This document shows positions 1 to 12,316 of a stretch of DNA of 64,000 bases, piece after piece. The first letter of the stretch is position 1; every line of letters starts with the position of its first letter. A program made the translations under genes and the position numbers. The notes beneath the pieces were generated by a model. It was given only the letters and a program-made list of their open reading frames with translations. It was not told the origin of the DNA and searched no databases. Source of the stretch: Octopus vulgaris (Eukaryota); NCBI GenBank assembly GCA_951406725.2, contig OX597814.1, positions 90,644,001 to 90,708,000 of the forward strand. The letters run 5' to 3'.

Positions 1-490
1 TTGTATGTCTGTTTCTTTGTAGATACATTATGTTTTCCCATTGTTTGTTTACTAAAAATTGTGGGGATTTTATAAGTTTCTTATTGAATAAGACTCTACT
101 TCCTTGAATAGGGGAAAAAAATATTATCTTTTTACTTTAGATTTTGAGGTGTGGATTCGAGTCATTGTAACTCTTATTTCATTTGTGTAACGTTAGGCTG
201 AGAATATTATAATTGTAAGTCACTACCATGATAGCTAGATTTTTTTGCATTTAACATTTAAGTATTTATCTCTTCCTGAAATTCCCTTTCATATGCCTTT
301 TGTATTTTCCCTGTACCATTAATATAATTTCTCTCTTTTTTGCACTTCCGAATCAGCTTTGTATGCGTTAGCTCTTTTGAAAATTAGATCATGTTTGTAT
401 TTTAACAGTTCCTATGGGTTTTCAATTTCCCTTTTTACACCTTTTATAGTATTACAACGGGGAGTTTGTCATTCTCTGTTCGTGGTTACC

Positions 491-550
<60 letters not shown>

Positions 551-1900
551 TTTGTTTGTGAATTCTACATAGGCTCGGCTTACATTCGCTGCACATACTA
601 GTTTGAAGTTCTTACTATTCTTTGATAAATTCGTTTTAGATTGTTGTCGAACTGCTTGTTTTGCTCAACTCTTGCTTCAATTGGGTTGTTTTTAAACTTA
701 GGCTATTCCTTTTTTCATGCAGTAGTTACATCTTTGTTTTCAGTCGATATTCCTCATTGATTGGGAGAGGTTTTTATTTATTAAAAAAAATTTTTACATC
801 TGTTTCCATGTCTTGTATGTGTTTGGAGTTTCAAACTTTTCGTATTCTGAAAGAGTACTCATTTTCTTTTGTAATATTTGTGGCTGCTGCACTTATTATT
901 TCGTTGAACATGGTTTCATTTATGCTCTCGTTTATCTTCATTAAGTCTGATATGGCGAGGCCCGCACATAACATTTATTACTAATTTATTATTCAGTTCA
1001 CACAGCCGAAGTTACTTGTATTTTGCTCTCTAGATACTATTGCTTGAAATTATTTCTATAACCATATATTTTCGGATGAATAGTTTGGAATTTCTATAAT
1101 TTTATCTGCCTCAGGTTCACTTTAATTGGCATTTCTGCCGCTGTTATGATGCTTCAGATGTTATTAGTCAGTATTTTGTAGGGTCACAAGAGTTTTGCTT
1201 TGGTTGTCTATTTTGCTTCTACTTCACGCACTAGATCTAGTTTAGTGACTTGTGCCATCAATGCTTTTCGTTTCGTTCGTTGTTACATTGGTTTAGTGTT
1301 GATTTGTGCATTCTAATTTGATATCTGGTATTGTGTTATCATTGAGGGTATATATCTATAGGTTTGCTATTCTCTTACTAACGTTATCTTTATATTCAAT
1401 ATTTTCCCTCGGGCTTAGAAATTTTAGGTATAATGTAACTGTAAATTAAATATGCTGAAAATAAATACAATCTTCTAATAATGTGTATGCTCTTCAATTT
1501 ATGAGTAAGGTCTGATCTTGTATTTGATAAATGGAACTTTCTTCAAATTATGGTGTATTATCTTTTTGCGATGCCAAGTTTTCCAAAAGTACATTTTTCG
1601 GTATTTTTGTTCATAAAATTCAAAATAAATTTTGCTCGGCTAATTTTCGCTTGAATAAAATTATTTCAATTTCTCTTTTTTCTTTATGTGTTGTGTAAGT
1701 GTGTGATGATGATTAATATGTCTAAACATAGACTGACATACAGTCTTTTGTTATTTTGTTTACACATGAACAAAGTAGTCTAGCATGGTACGTAGAAAAT
1801 GAGCCATTCTTTATGTTATATTAGCTCTTTGTATTACATTATATATATGAAATAACTGAGAGGACTAGTTTTCAACTGGCTTGTTTTATTTCAATGTTTT
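1..1900 (-). mobile_element. Very degenerate LINE ORF2 remnant (probable APE region)
   Basis: The minus strand is A-rich and coding-like. Hand translation near 1330-1380 gives IANL*IYTLND, resembling the I.N.Y.P motif of APE. Many stops. The texture matches neighbouring LINE remnants. Confidence 0.25.
495..547. repeat. (TA)n microsatellite
   Basis: Direct reading. Confidence 0.95.
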
Positions 1901-2084
1901 GGCTTTCATTAATTCTTTTTTATTCACTTTGTTTGGACGATGTATTTTGTGGCATTCATGTTAATCTTACACAACATTCTCGTGAAGCGTCTCTGATGAT
2001 AATGTTTGAGTCTAGCTATTCAATTATACTCACCTTCAGATATAAAAATACAACAACCAACACTAACTACTACCCCTCCCCTCC

Positions 2085-2170
2085 TCTTCCTCAGCCTCCT
2101 ACTGCTGCTACTACTGTCACTACTATTACTACCACCACCACCACCACAAATAATAATAATTATAATGATG

Positions 2171-2225
<55 letters not shown>

Positions 2226-2242
2226 TAATAATGATAATAATA
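2085..2242. repeat. Compound trinucleotide microsatellite (ACT/ACC/AAT)n
   Basis: Direct reading. It produces the poly-T/N/I ORFs at 1894-2301 and 2006-2284. Confidence 0.95.
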
Positions 2243-2783
2243 CTTCCTTCAGGTCACAAAAACATCGAAAAAGGCAGAAGATAGAATATGGGATTATTTG
2301 AAAGAGGGTGAATTTGTTATCAATACAGTGCCTCTGCCACTCGAATTTATGTAACGACTTTCAATCTATCTTATCTGTGAGCATGCGACTTGACTGTGAC
2401 ATCGCAAAATTCGTGCTTTACGTTAAAGAATTGGTCAACACGCGCTAAAGAATTGGTCAACTCGCCGCAAGCACGTCAGTTGCGAAACCTTTTCTTTGCG
2501 ATTCTTCTAAGTTTCTTGTGATCTATGTATCCGACAGTATTAAAATATGGACAACCTATGTTATCCATATATATATATATAGACTATACAACATTCTGTC
2601 TAGTTATCTGGATTACTGATTTGTCTATCAAAACTGGTGTGTACAAGAAATGCAATTTGCACTTGACCGACAGTTGGAAGCGGCTAAAGAGGTTTGTGAG
2701 GCCTTTGAATACTCGCCTAACACAGGCTAAGTGTCCATCTAGCGCTCACTAGTACTAAAGTGCAGCACATTAGTAAGAAAGAT

Positions 2784-3000
2784 TCAATGAAGTTTATGAA
2801 ATCTGGTGGCAAGGCTTGGTGTTATGTGATAGACGGCTATGGGCCTGAAGGTATGATCTTCGCTGCAGATCACGTCCAGGATTACCAATTTACCTTCTGG
2901 GTTCAAGTAGATGATCCGTATCGTGAAATCCAGATCTTTCTGAAAAAAGCACAGCATCTCTGACTTCCATTCTCGGTTGACTTGGGAGAAGCAAATGGGC
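2784..3000 (-). mobile_element. Tx1/L1-type apurinic endonuclease fragment
   Basis: The ORF reads FQKDLDFTIRIIYLNPEGKLVILDV...FRPIAVY. This parallels FRKGLDYEILSVFLDPEGKSVVLDI of the element at 4711-4983. Confidence 0.65.
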
Positions 3001-3044
3001 GTTAGTGCTCGTTGAAATTTTGCTATCCTTGATAGCCAGCACAA

Positions 3045-4200
3045 TTATGTCAGTGTTCTAATATAGTTGAGCAGATGACTTTGCTTCAAAGGTAACCCCA
3101 AGCCAAATGTATTTACACCACCTGTTCTGAGTAAGACTATTTTCGCTAGAAGACGAAAATTAGAAAGTCTTATAATAATTCTGAAGTTGGCAGGTCTTCC
3201 GTCCCTCTGGATATCTCTGGTTGTTTCCATAAGCAGTTGTTTATAAAACTTATGATGATGTTTCTGATGTCCAATGGTCTATCGGAATATTTTTTTTTAT
3301 CGTATTGTATATTTATGTGTTGTTTAGGATAATGTTTGTTCTTAGTTTCTTCATTGTGCCATCTTTTGGCGTGATGAAATCACTTTGAGTTATGTCTGTG
3401 TATTAATGTACATGTTTCATTAATTTTTTTACTTGTGTTTATGGCAGTAACGTTAATAATATTTCTCTGCTGCTGTTCTTGTTTTGGATGCAAAATGGAA
3501 TTCGTATATGTTTGTACTGATTGTGTCTGTAGTGTGGTTGATAGTGATGGTGGGGATTGTGATGGTGACGATGGTGTTGGTAATGCTATCCCATTAATAC
3601 GAACTTGAAATCTTTTCTTGGTGGCATGTTATATTGTCTTTTCCAGCGTTAAAACAGCTTTTCCAATCTCCTATGTTATTTTTTCGACTTTGTTCGCTTC
3701 TTTAAAATATGCCTTATATGCCTTCGTTCTCGGGAGAGGAAACTTCATAATAATTTCTTGCATTTATTCAGCTAACATTTGAATTTCTTTGGGATGTGCC
3801 GTCAATCTGTTTTATTCGTTCATTCTCTGGGCACTTTGAAAATCTTATTCAATAAAAATTGCCTAAACTTTTGCAGTAGATGGGATGTCGATGCTAGTTA
3901 TTCTAGTGAAACGGTGTATCTACTTACTGGTCTGTGGATGGAATATAAGGTGACATCGTCTGCTATAACCAGAGATGTGACATTACTGCCGTGAATATCA
4001 GAGAGTGTATATGCTCTGAGTACAATGGACATATTTCCTCTTGTATCTCCTTCTCATTTTCGTCTCTGGTCTGTGCAGAGAATTATTCAATTCGGTATAG
4101 TGGTTAGCTTTTCTGATTGCATAGCTTTGACAAGTTCGTTTGAGAACAAATCTGAGGTTTGTTGTTCATAATTCTTTCTTTTTCATTTTGTTGATTTTGC
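3045..4200 (-). mobile_element. Degenerate LINE RT and C-terminal remnant (I/Jockey-like group)
   Basis: The minus strand near 3950 reads SLVIADDVT (YADD-like). Near 3130 it reads VLLRTGG (RLRTGH-like). Many stops. Confidence 0.45.
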
Positions 4201-4559
4201 CATCTCAAATACACAAAACAGAATAAAAAACACAACAAACTTTAAAAATAAAAATGTGACTTCAACAACAAGCACCATCCGCGCCGTAGGAGAATTTCGC
4301 GCTAGTGAGGAAGGCCAATGAAATCCAGAAAATGAGAAAATTGAAACAGAGGGTGATCTGCAGCCCCAAAACTTTTAGACTACCGGAAAGCCTAATGATA
4401 GTACGAATGACATTAGTGAATTATACGAGCATTAAAAGAAGCAACCCGTGTAGGATCTCCCAGTGTAACGGCCAGCATATGGCTTTTAAGGGAGTTTCCT
4501 GAAGAATCAAGGCAGGATGGGATAACTCCAGTTTTTCCTTATTTCCTAGCCAGCATGGC

Positions 4560-7505
4560 GGTTCTCAGAGTAGGTTGCATAAATGTACGTGACCTGAGGT
4601 CGTCGTGGTAGAAAGGACGCTTGCACAATGACTTCAGATAACTAGGTCTGGATGTAATAGCCGTCAGTGAGACCAGGATCAATGACAACGGGCCTTGGCT
4701 CCCATTTTCGATGACTTTCAGGTTTTCGCATCACTCAGTCACCAGGAAAAGGAATGGAGTGGCAGTGATGTTCAGAAAAGGCCTGGATTACGAGATATTA
4801 TCGGTCTTCTTGGACCCGGAAGGTAAGTCGGTGGTCCTAGACATTTACGAAAAATACTGTGTACGCACCAAATGGAGCGGGGCAGTCGGAGTTCTTCAGA
4901 CGCATGGAAGTCTTTCTAGGGACGTCTCGCTCTCTATTGTTAGTGGACGATTGGCACGCCATTTTAGATGCAGGTGTGGATAGGAATGTGGAGGGTGGGA
5001 GCGTGTAAGCCTCGCAAACTTGCTTAGTCGTTTCCAGCTGGCGGACAGGTTTAGACTGGATTTCCCGAATACTCCAATATGGACATGAGCAAACAGTGTC
5101 GGGTCATCCAGATCTTATCTAGATAGGGTATTTTGTAGGCCAGCAGATAGGAATAGCATAGGCTGAATTCATCAACTACACAGACAACAAATTTATGATC
5201 TGTACGGTTGACCTAGATAGGCTCCATAGGAAGGAACCCAGATAGCGGAAGCTGAACGCATCCTTCCTGGCACGTCAAGCTTTCAGAGATCGGCTTAGCA
5301 GATTAGTCCATCGAATGATGACGGGTGCAATTATGAAAAACCGGTGTTGGTAGTGGTGGGGTGCGTACCCCCAAAACGGGCGATTAGAGTAGAAGCTCTA
5401 GAATTTAGCAGAGAACTAGCGAGAGAGAAGACTAGAGCAAATGGAGACCTAGTTAGGAAACTAAAAGAGGAACTCAGTAGAGGCATAGTCACCCACGTGC
5501 TGGCAGCGAGATTGGTTCTGAACCAATTTTCCAACACCCAGCATGAAGGTTGGGCGTGTGCTCTAAAGCAGCAGGGATCGAAAGCCGTTCAATGGGACCG
5601 GGTGACCGAGGCGCAATGTAGTAACAGACTACAACTCAGTCTTTGAGAGGTCGAGAAGGGCGCATGCTACCCTAGTTGAAGCAGATTTTTGCGTAATTTC
5701 AGCGGCACTTTGCTGAAATGTACGGGGCGCGCAGTGGCCCGGAAGTGGGCATGAACGTCACTTTCTACCTACATAGCATGCGAAATACCGATAACAGCTG
5801 AAGATATACGTGACGCGTAATTGCACGAGTGAGAGGTCTCCTGGATTGAATGGTCTGCCCTTCTAGCTTTATATACATATGCCAAATATGTTTGGTGCAC
5901 CTTTGGGAAGCGTCTACCGCAACTGGCAGCAGAATCGGAGAATAGTCTGATCTATGATGTTACTGAGAAAGGATCCGAACAAGTGGGACGTTGTTGATAA
6001 TTTTAGGCCGGTAACTCTGCTAAATACAGATTACAAAATTTGGACCAAGGTGTTAGCAAAAAGATTGGGGCTTGTAGTGGACACACTGGTGGGTGATGCG
6101 TAGATTTGCGCTGTCGCCAGTAGAACAATACACGACAACCTCCACCTGTCGCGATACATCGTAGAAAAGGTTGGTAAAGAATCTGGCATGGGTGATCAAT
6201 GTGGATGAGACGAAAGTTTTTGATAGGGTCGACCATCTGTACTTGAAGGCTGTCATCAAGGTAGCTGGGTTCAGTCCCATTTTCAGAGGCTGGTTCGTTG
6301 CAATGTACAGCCATATCTGTTCGATGATCAAAGTAAATGGCCACCTCTCGTAATCGTTTAGTATCGTACGTTCGGTCCGTCAAGAGTGCCCACTCTCACC
6401 CCTTCTCTATGAACTAGCACTCGAGCCATTGCTGTTGAAGCTGAACGTTTCGAGGGTCATCCGGCTTGAACTGGGATGCAGAAGGTCCGTGTAGGCGTTT
6501 GCAGACGACGGCATCGTGATAGTATCCAGAAATCTGAGATGGTCGGCACTACCCTAAGGAAATACGAAGCGGCGACAGGAGAAATGATCCACCAGGAGAA
6601 GTCAGTGAACCTGCAGCTCGGCACCTGCAGAGGCAGGCCCATGCCAACTGACAGCGTTGTGGGGCGCTGAACGGAAGGAAATGTTAAGATGCTCGGGGAG
6701 AAGTGTCAGACATGGTGGCCAGTCTCACGCAGAAATGGGCCGAGAGGAAGCTGTCCCTGAAAGGTCGGGTGAAGGGGGCGAATGCGTACATCACATCCGT
6801 CGTATACTACCGCCTGTCTCGTCACTTGCTCCGCTCGTGGCTGAACGTTTGTTCTTCCGCTACTTGCGGATGGAACAGGTACCGCTTGTCAGGCGGTTCA
6901 TTTGCTGTCAGCATCCATTGCGTAGAGGACTGGACATGCCGTGGCTGAGGATGCGCAGACATGCGCTGAGTCTGCGACATCTCCAGCGACGCCTTAACAG
7001 TGAGCAGGTATGGCCGCCGTTTGTTGAAGGCGCTTTTCCGCAGTTTGTTCATTGACGAAGTTACAGTCCTGGATCAGGCGTAGACCGAGGCAGCGCGCGT
7101 GACACCTAGAGTGTGTCCTAGCGTTCAAAAGCCTCGGCCAGTTGGATTATGAGGTCAGTGGAAGTTCCATCTTGGATTTCTATAGGGGATTAGTGGAGGG
7201 CAAGAGCGACGTCGTACTCGGAGAGGTCTCTGGCGTTGAGAGGGATCATCTGGCTGGTGCCTTTCGGAGGTCTTTCGGGCCGGGAACTATGGATAACTTC
7301 CAGAAATCTCTGGTCTGGGGTGATGCTGTGGGGCGCTGCCAGAGATAAGTTCTGTAGGCATGTGCATGCAGTCAGCCGCGCTAGTCCGAGATACACGCGG
7401 AGCGATGAAACCGTTCTGCATGCTCTCGTACAGTGTCCAAGCATTGCTGACTCGTGAAGCTTTGTCGAACAGTTATTGTCACGTGTAAGACGGATCCGTT
7501 TATCG
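4560..7505 (+). mobile_element. Tx1/L1-clade non-LTR retrotransposon ORF2 pseudogene (APE + RT + C-terminal Zn finger)
   Basis: Ordered motifs across frameshifts: VGCINVRDL, VIAVSETR, GVAVMFRK, DPEGK, SRSYLDRV, KLNAS, SPGLNGLP, FRPVTLLNTDYKI, DETKVFDRVDH, SVRQECPLSPLLY, FADD, RRGLDMP, DETVLHALVQCP. The segment is GC-richer than its flanks. Confidence 0.9.
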
Positions 7506-7507
7506 TC

Positions 7508-7640
7508 TGAGTTCAAATTCCGCCGAGGTTGGCTTTGCCTTTCATCTTTTCGGGGTCGATGAAATAAGTATCAGTTATGCACTGGGGTCGATGTAATCGA
7601 CTTGACACCACCCACCAGATACCCTTGTGGAAATAATTGA
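7508..7640 (+). mobile_element. tRNA-derived SINE fragment (family B)
   Basis: Contains gagttcaaattccgccgagg...gcctttcatc..ttcggggtcgat, shared with 15484-15712. B-box-like GTTCAAAT. Confidence 0.8.
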
Positions 7641-7651
7641 AGTCATTAATA

Positions 7652-8175
7652 TTATTATTTTTTCTTCTTTCAAATTTGCTTCCATTTCTTGCCGAGTGTC
7701 TTCCTGACTCTTAGGGCAAAGAAACTCATAGTATACATTGGTAGGCCATTAAACTAAACTCAATAGTTCGTTCATTTTAAAGTTAAATGAAAATACATGG
7801 GTAGTAATAGTTCTCATATCGACAATGCTCTTCTCTATACGTGTGATGTACCAGTTAAGACAATCTTTTGCACTTCTTGCAGGGATGGTAAGCCAGGGAT
7901 CATTCTCATATAATTTTCGGTTCCCTTCTTGATCATTCCTAGTGCTCCTACGATCACTGGTATTGTAACCGCCTTGAGATGCCACATTTTCTCAATTTCA
8001 ATGAGTAGGTCTTTATATTTTCTGAGCTTGTCAAACTCTTTCGCCGAGATATTATGATCACAGGGGATGCTCATGTCGATCAATAAGCAAACTTTATTGT
8101 TTTGGTCTTTCACAACACTATCTGGTTTATTGGCTTTGATGGTTCGGTCTGTATGTACTGGAAAGTCCCACAGAA
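7652..8175 (-). mobile_element. R4/Dong-type retrotransposon 3' fragment (RLE domain + 3' UTR)
   Basis: Reads ILWDFPVHTDRTIKANKPD..LIDMSIP..KLRKYKDLLIEIEKMW..PVIVGALG, homologous to the C-terminus of ORF 38911-40830. The 5' truncation abuts (ATT)n and the 3' end abuts a short TAA run. Confidence 0.9.
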
Positions 8176-8187
8176 TTATTATTATTA

Positions 8188-8264
<77 letters not shown>
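8175..8264. repeat. (ATT)n microsatellite
   Basis: Direct reading. Confidence 0.95.
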
Positions 8265-8267
<3 letters not shown>

Positions 8268-8645
8268 ATCGCCACGAATTAGGAGCATTCGGCGGTTTCA
8301 GCAATGAGTTCGCGTTTTCTTTCACTCTAACATGTATTTTCAGCATCATTCTTTAATGAAAATGTTTCTGAGGAGCTGAACTACAATAGAGTGGTGTGTT
8401 ATTTTTTCCTTCGATGTTACTAACCCCTTTCGGCTAGAATCGCTTTTAGAAAGGTGTTTCTTTTTGTTTGTTCTTGAAATATCTGTAATTTTCACAAACA
8501 AAAATGCTAAGAAGCCAACATGGAATCCAATTATGGCTTCATGCTCTTCGTGTCGGAAGGAAATGAGATATAAAAGGTGAATCAAAGGGCAAGATGGTGT
8601 TTGTGCACGAGCGTGAGTGTGTCTACGAGAGTTGGAGATAGAGAG

Positions 8646-8682
<37 letters not shown>

Positions 8683-9590
8683 CGAAAGAGATTGTAACAA
8701 CAGTTCAGCAATATCATTAAAAAGAAAAAAATATGTGTTATGGTAACAACTATTACAGTTGCAGTCACAGCATAAAAGCTTTGACATCACACGAAAAATA
8801 TGAGAATAAGAACATTTTCATAGCCATCTGCATTAGCAACAACAACAGCAGAAACTACAAAAAACCTCAAGTGAAACAATGAAATTAAAAAACTTCAATG
8901 ACGAAAATACCGACAGCAGTAGATTGGAAAAAAAATTACCATTTACTTGTGCACCTAGTGAATGAACGTAACATTCTCTTGAAGGCAAGAAAGAGGCTGT
9001 TAAAATATACCAGGTGTATATGTTTTGTATTTGTTTTGTTATTTCTACTATTTTAGTGTTTAGTCTTTGTTTTGCTGAGGAGGTGAAATATGAGATTTGT
9101 TAATGTTTTTGGGTGGTGTTTGTGTTACGTAAATTTTGCATGAATGATGTTTTTTGTTATAGAGTTGGATATCGATTGCGCAAGATTATGCACTCCGCTA
9201 TTTTACAGCATTTTTATTGTACAGAGTATGGGCTAATATATTACTTGGTGATGATTCCTTAGCGTATGTATGGTGAAATCTGTGTTATTTTATCCGATTT
9301 TCACTGCATAAGCAGTGAGTTATGAGTAACGAGCGCACTGTTTAATTGGCACGATCGAAACGAAACTGTCTTGTTTGTTGGTATTCATTCTTTGTGCCAA
9401 GTACATTGTTGAATTATAGTGTGTCTTGGCCACTGACTGTTTTGATCTTCATATTTTCATTAGCATTATTTGGTATTCCGTTTTGGTTTCGTGCTTTCCT
9501 TCTCTTTCAAACTTTTATATTGTGTGATTTTATTTCAAATAGCTGTCTTTATACGCTACGTTTCCAAGCTGCACTTCATTCTTTCCTGAA

Positions 9591-9625
<35 letters not shown>

Positions 9626-11406
9626 AAGAAAACTTTTTATCTTCGTTTCTGATTATGCTAATCAGTTCCCATTTACTATTAAATGACTTTTGAATCCTAA
9701 TATTCTTACTTAAGAACTGCAGTTCACTTAACTTGTACTATATTATACTGAATCTGTAACCGCGACTGCTATTCTCTTTATATGTGTTATATTGTACAAA
9801 GAGTCCAGCTTTTAACGTTAATACAAAAAGGTTAGTATTAAATAATTACCGTTAATATTGGTCTTAGTTAAAATTTGTCTTTCATATCTCAAAGATCCAT
9901 GAAATGAATTACCAGAAAATAACTGGGGTCGATGGCATCGACTAAATACTACATTTAAAATTACTGACTTTAGGCCTCAATCAGAAGATATTTTTGTTGA
10001 TATTTTCTTTTCGTATTTTATTAAAACTCCTCTGTTCCACATTCTTCATATTATTACTATGTTAATACTGTCGTCATGTTGAACAGCTTAATATGAGTTT
10101 GTACTGCATGTTTATATGTAGTGCTACGTCTCTTGTGTACAGATGGAGTAGTTTGATTTTGTTGTTGACTATGTTCTTCGTAAAAAGCGTGATTGGTGTA
10201 ATTTGTGTTTTCGTATTATACTGTGAATACGTTGGTGCATGGATTCTGTAGAGTATGAGCGTAAGTTATCAGCTATGTAATCATATGCGCTGGGAAATAC
10301 AATTATTTCTTCATCATGTGGTATGTATGTCTTTTGAATTGTATCATTTCTTTTGCTATATATTATGAACAAAATAGTGAGTTGCTCGACTTACGCTATT
10401 GTTTTGGATAAGACTTGTATAGGATGTGTGATATACGTATTAGAGTAAGAGCTAGCTTTGTTAACAATGCGTAATTTTATGAGTCCTGGCTTATTTTTTA
10501 TGTCTTTGTTCGTATTTATTTTATCATAATTGCCATTGAATTTATTAATAGTAATGTTCATTTTGCTTAATTTTCGGGAGAGTATCAAATTATCCCAATG
10601 TTGACATCATATTTTAGAGTCTCTGAAACAGCTTTTGAGTCATATTTTGTCAAAATATATAGATGTTATATTACATTAGTAATTTCCCTTACTATACACG
10701 TTTTCGTGGCAATTTTTGATTCACTGTTCGCGTTAACCTATGCATTATTTTGGACAGACATGTCACAAGCGATAGCGCTAGGACATAATCCTAGTGATGT
10801 CAGTTTCTACCATTTAGTATATATTTATACAATATTGGCATACATTTATACCAATTCTTCTTCTTGTGAAGTTAAAATCCTATTTAATAACCATGTGGAG
10901 TTAAATGTCAAATCGATTGTATCTGAAACTATGCAAAGACTTATCAAGAATCGAGGTTACTTACACGGGCTTCCTTTTCTAGTTTCTTGTGGGTAAGTAG
11001 TAATCATTTGCAAATAAAATAACGCATTCTGCTTCTGCTTCTAGCCCAGAGTATTTTGAAATTGCTGACACTCACTCTTAATTACTTCCTTTCTTCCAAG
11101 TCTTTTGAGATATTGCTTATGTATTGATTGTTCTTATAAAACTTTGTTTTAAGTGATCTTATTTAAACCTGTTCTGTTGTTTTCTTACTATGTAACATTT
11201 TTAGCGCATATAGTTTCTACGTTGCACGTTTTGCTTTCGTATACAGCGTAAAGCGTTAATGTGCTTCTTCTTCATATTTCTTTATTATTTTTACAGACAT
11301 ACTTTTTTTTGATCTCTTCTAAATGGTTTCCTGGTTCCATACATATTATTTTTTACTAATTGTATAATTCTATTAGATATAAGGTAGCACTATACTTAAG
11401 AATATG

Positions 11407-11443
<37 letters not shown>

Positions 11444-11448
<5 letters not shown>

Positions 11449-12138
11449 GAAATATTAAAATAACTAAGTCTCTAAAGAGAAACGGCAGTCCCGGAAAATA
11501 ATAATCGCCATACTAATATGGCATTCTTATAAAAATAAGAAAAGCTGTCCGTTATTAGCTCCATGAGCCATCGTTAAGTTACTATTTGATACACAACTGT
11601 ATCCATATAACCTTCGAACAAGGAGGTCAGTCGCTCCACACTACTTGTTCGAAGGTTATATGGATACAGTTTGTGTATCAAATAGCTAACTTAAGGCGAT
11701 AGCCTCATGGAGCTAATAAGCGGACAGCTTTTTTCTTATTTTTATAAGAATGCCATATTAGTATGGCGATAATTATTATTTTCCGGGAACGCTGCCGCTG
11801 TTCTCTTTTAGAGAGACTTAGTTATTTTAATATTTCTATTATTGAAAACAAGTGGATGTATTCCACCGAAACTAGGTAAATAAAACCATCGAACAGAGAT
11901 TGTCGGAAGCGACACCTACTGGCTGGCTACGCTGCATTGAAAAGGGGCAATACCCTGAAACGCGTCTGTAGCTGCCGGTCAAGTAGTGTGGAGCGACTGA
12001 CCTCCCTTGTTCGAAGGTTATATGGATACAGTTTGTGTATCAAATAGCTAACTTAAGGCGATGGCCTCATGGAGCTAATAAGCGGACAGCTTTTTTCTTA
12101 TTTTTATAAGAATGCCATATTAGTATGGCGATAATTAT

Positions 12139-12142
<4 letters not shown>
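11444..12142 (+). mobile_element. Penelope pseudo-LTR / retrozyme-like unit: inverted arm plus 362-bp-period direct repeat, within (TA)n
   Basis: 11444-11647 is the reverse complement of the downstream unit. 11644-11780 recurs at 12006-12142. (TA)n lies on both sides, and a hammerhead motif lies inside. Confidence 0.75.
11931..11972 (+). ncRNA. Minimal type I hammerhead ribozyme (U3:A8 core variant)
   Basis: The sequence is gctgca-TTGAAAA-gggg caata ccct-GAAA-cgc-GTC-tgtagc. Stem I is gctgca/tgtagc, stem II is gggg/ccct, stem III is palindromic acgcgt, and the cleavage triplet is GUC. Confidence 0.7.
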
Positions 12143-12188
<46 letters not shown>

Positions 12189-12191
12189 ATG

Positions 12192-12232
<41 letters not shown>

Positions 12233-12239
12233 GTGTGTG

Positions 12240-12316
<77 letters not shown>

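Noticed and set aside
1894-2301. ORFs with poly-N/T/I/L/Y/S runs (also 19123-19386, 19866-20273, 24355-24609, 40823-41357, 59944-60517)
   Set aside because: These are translations of trinucleotide microsatellites, open in several frames, with no domain content.
8346-8620. Possible hAT dimerisation-domain trace (GFLAFLFVK..R)
   Set aside because: A single weak motif with no TIRs seen, so it is not supportable.
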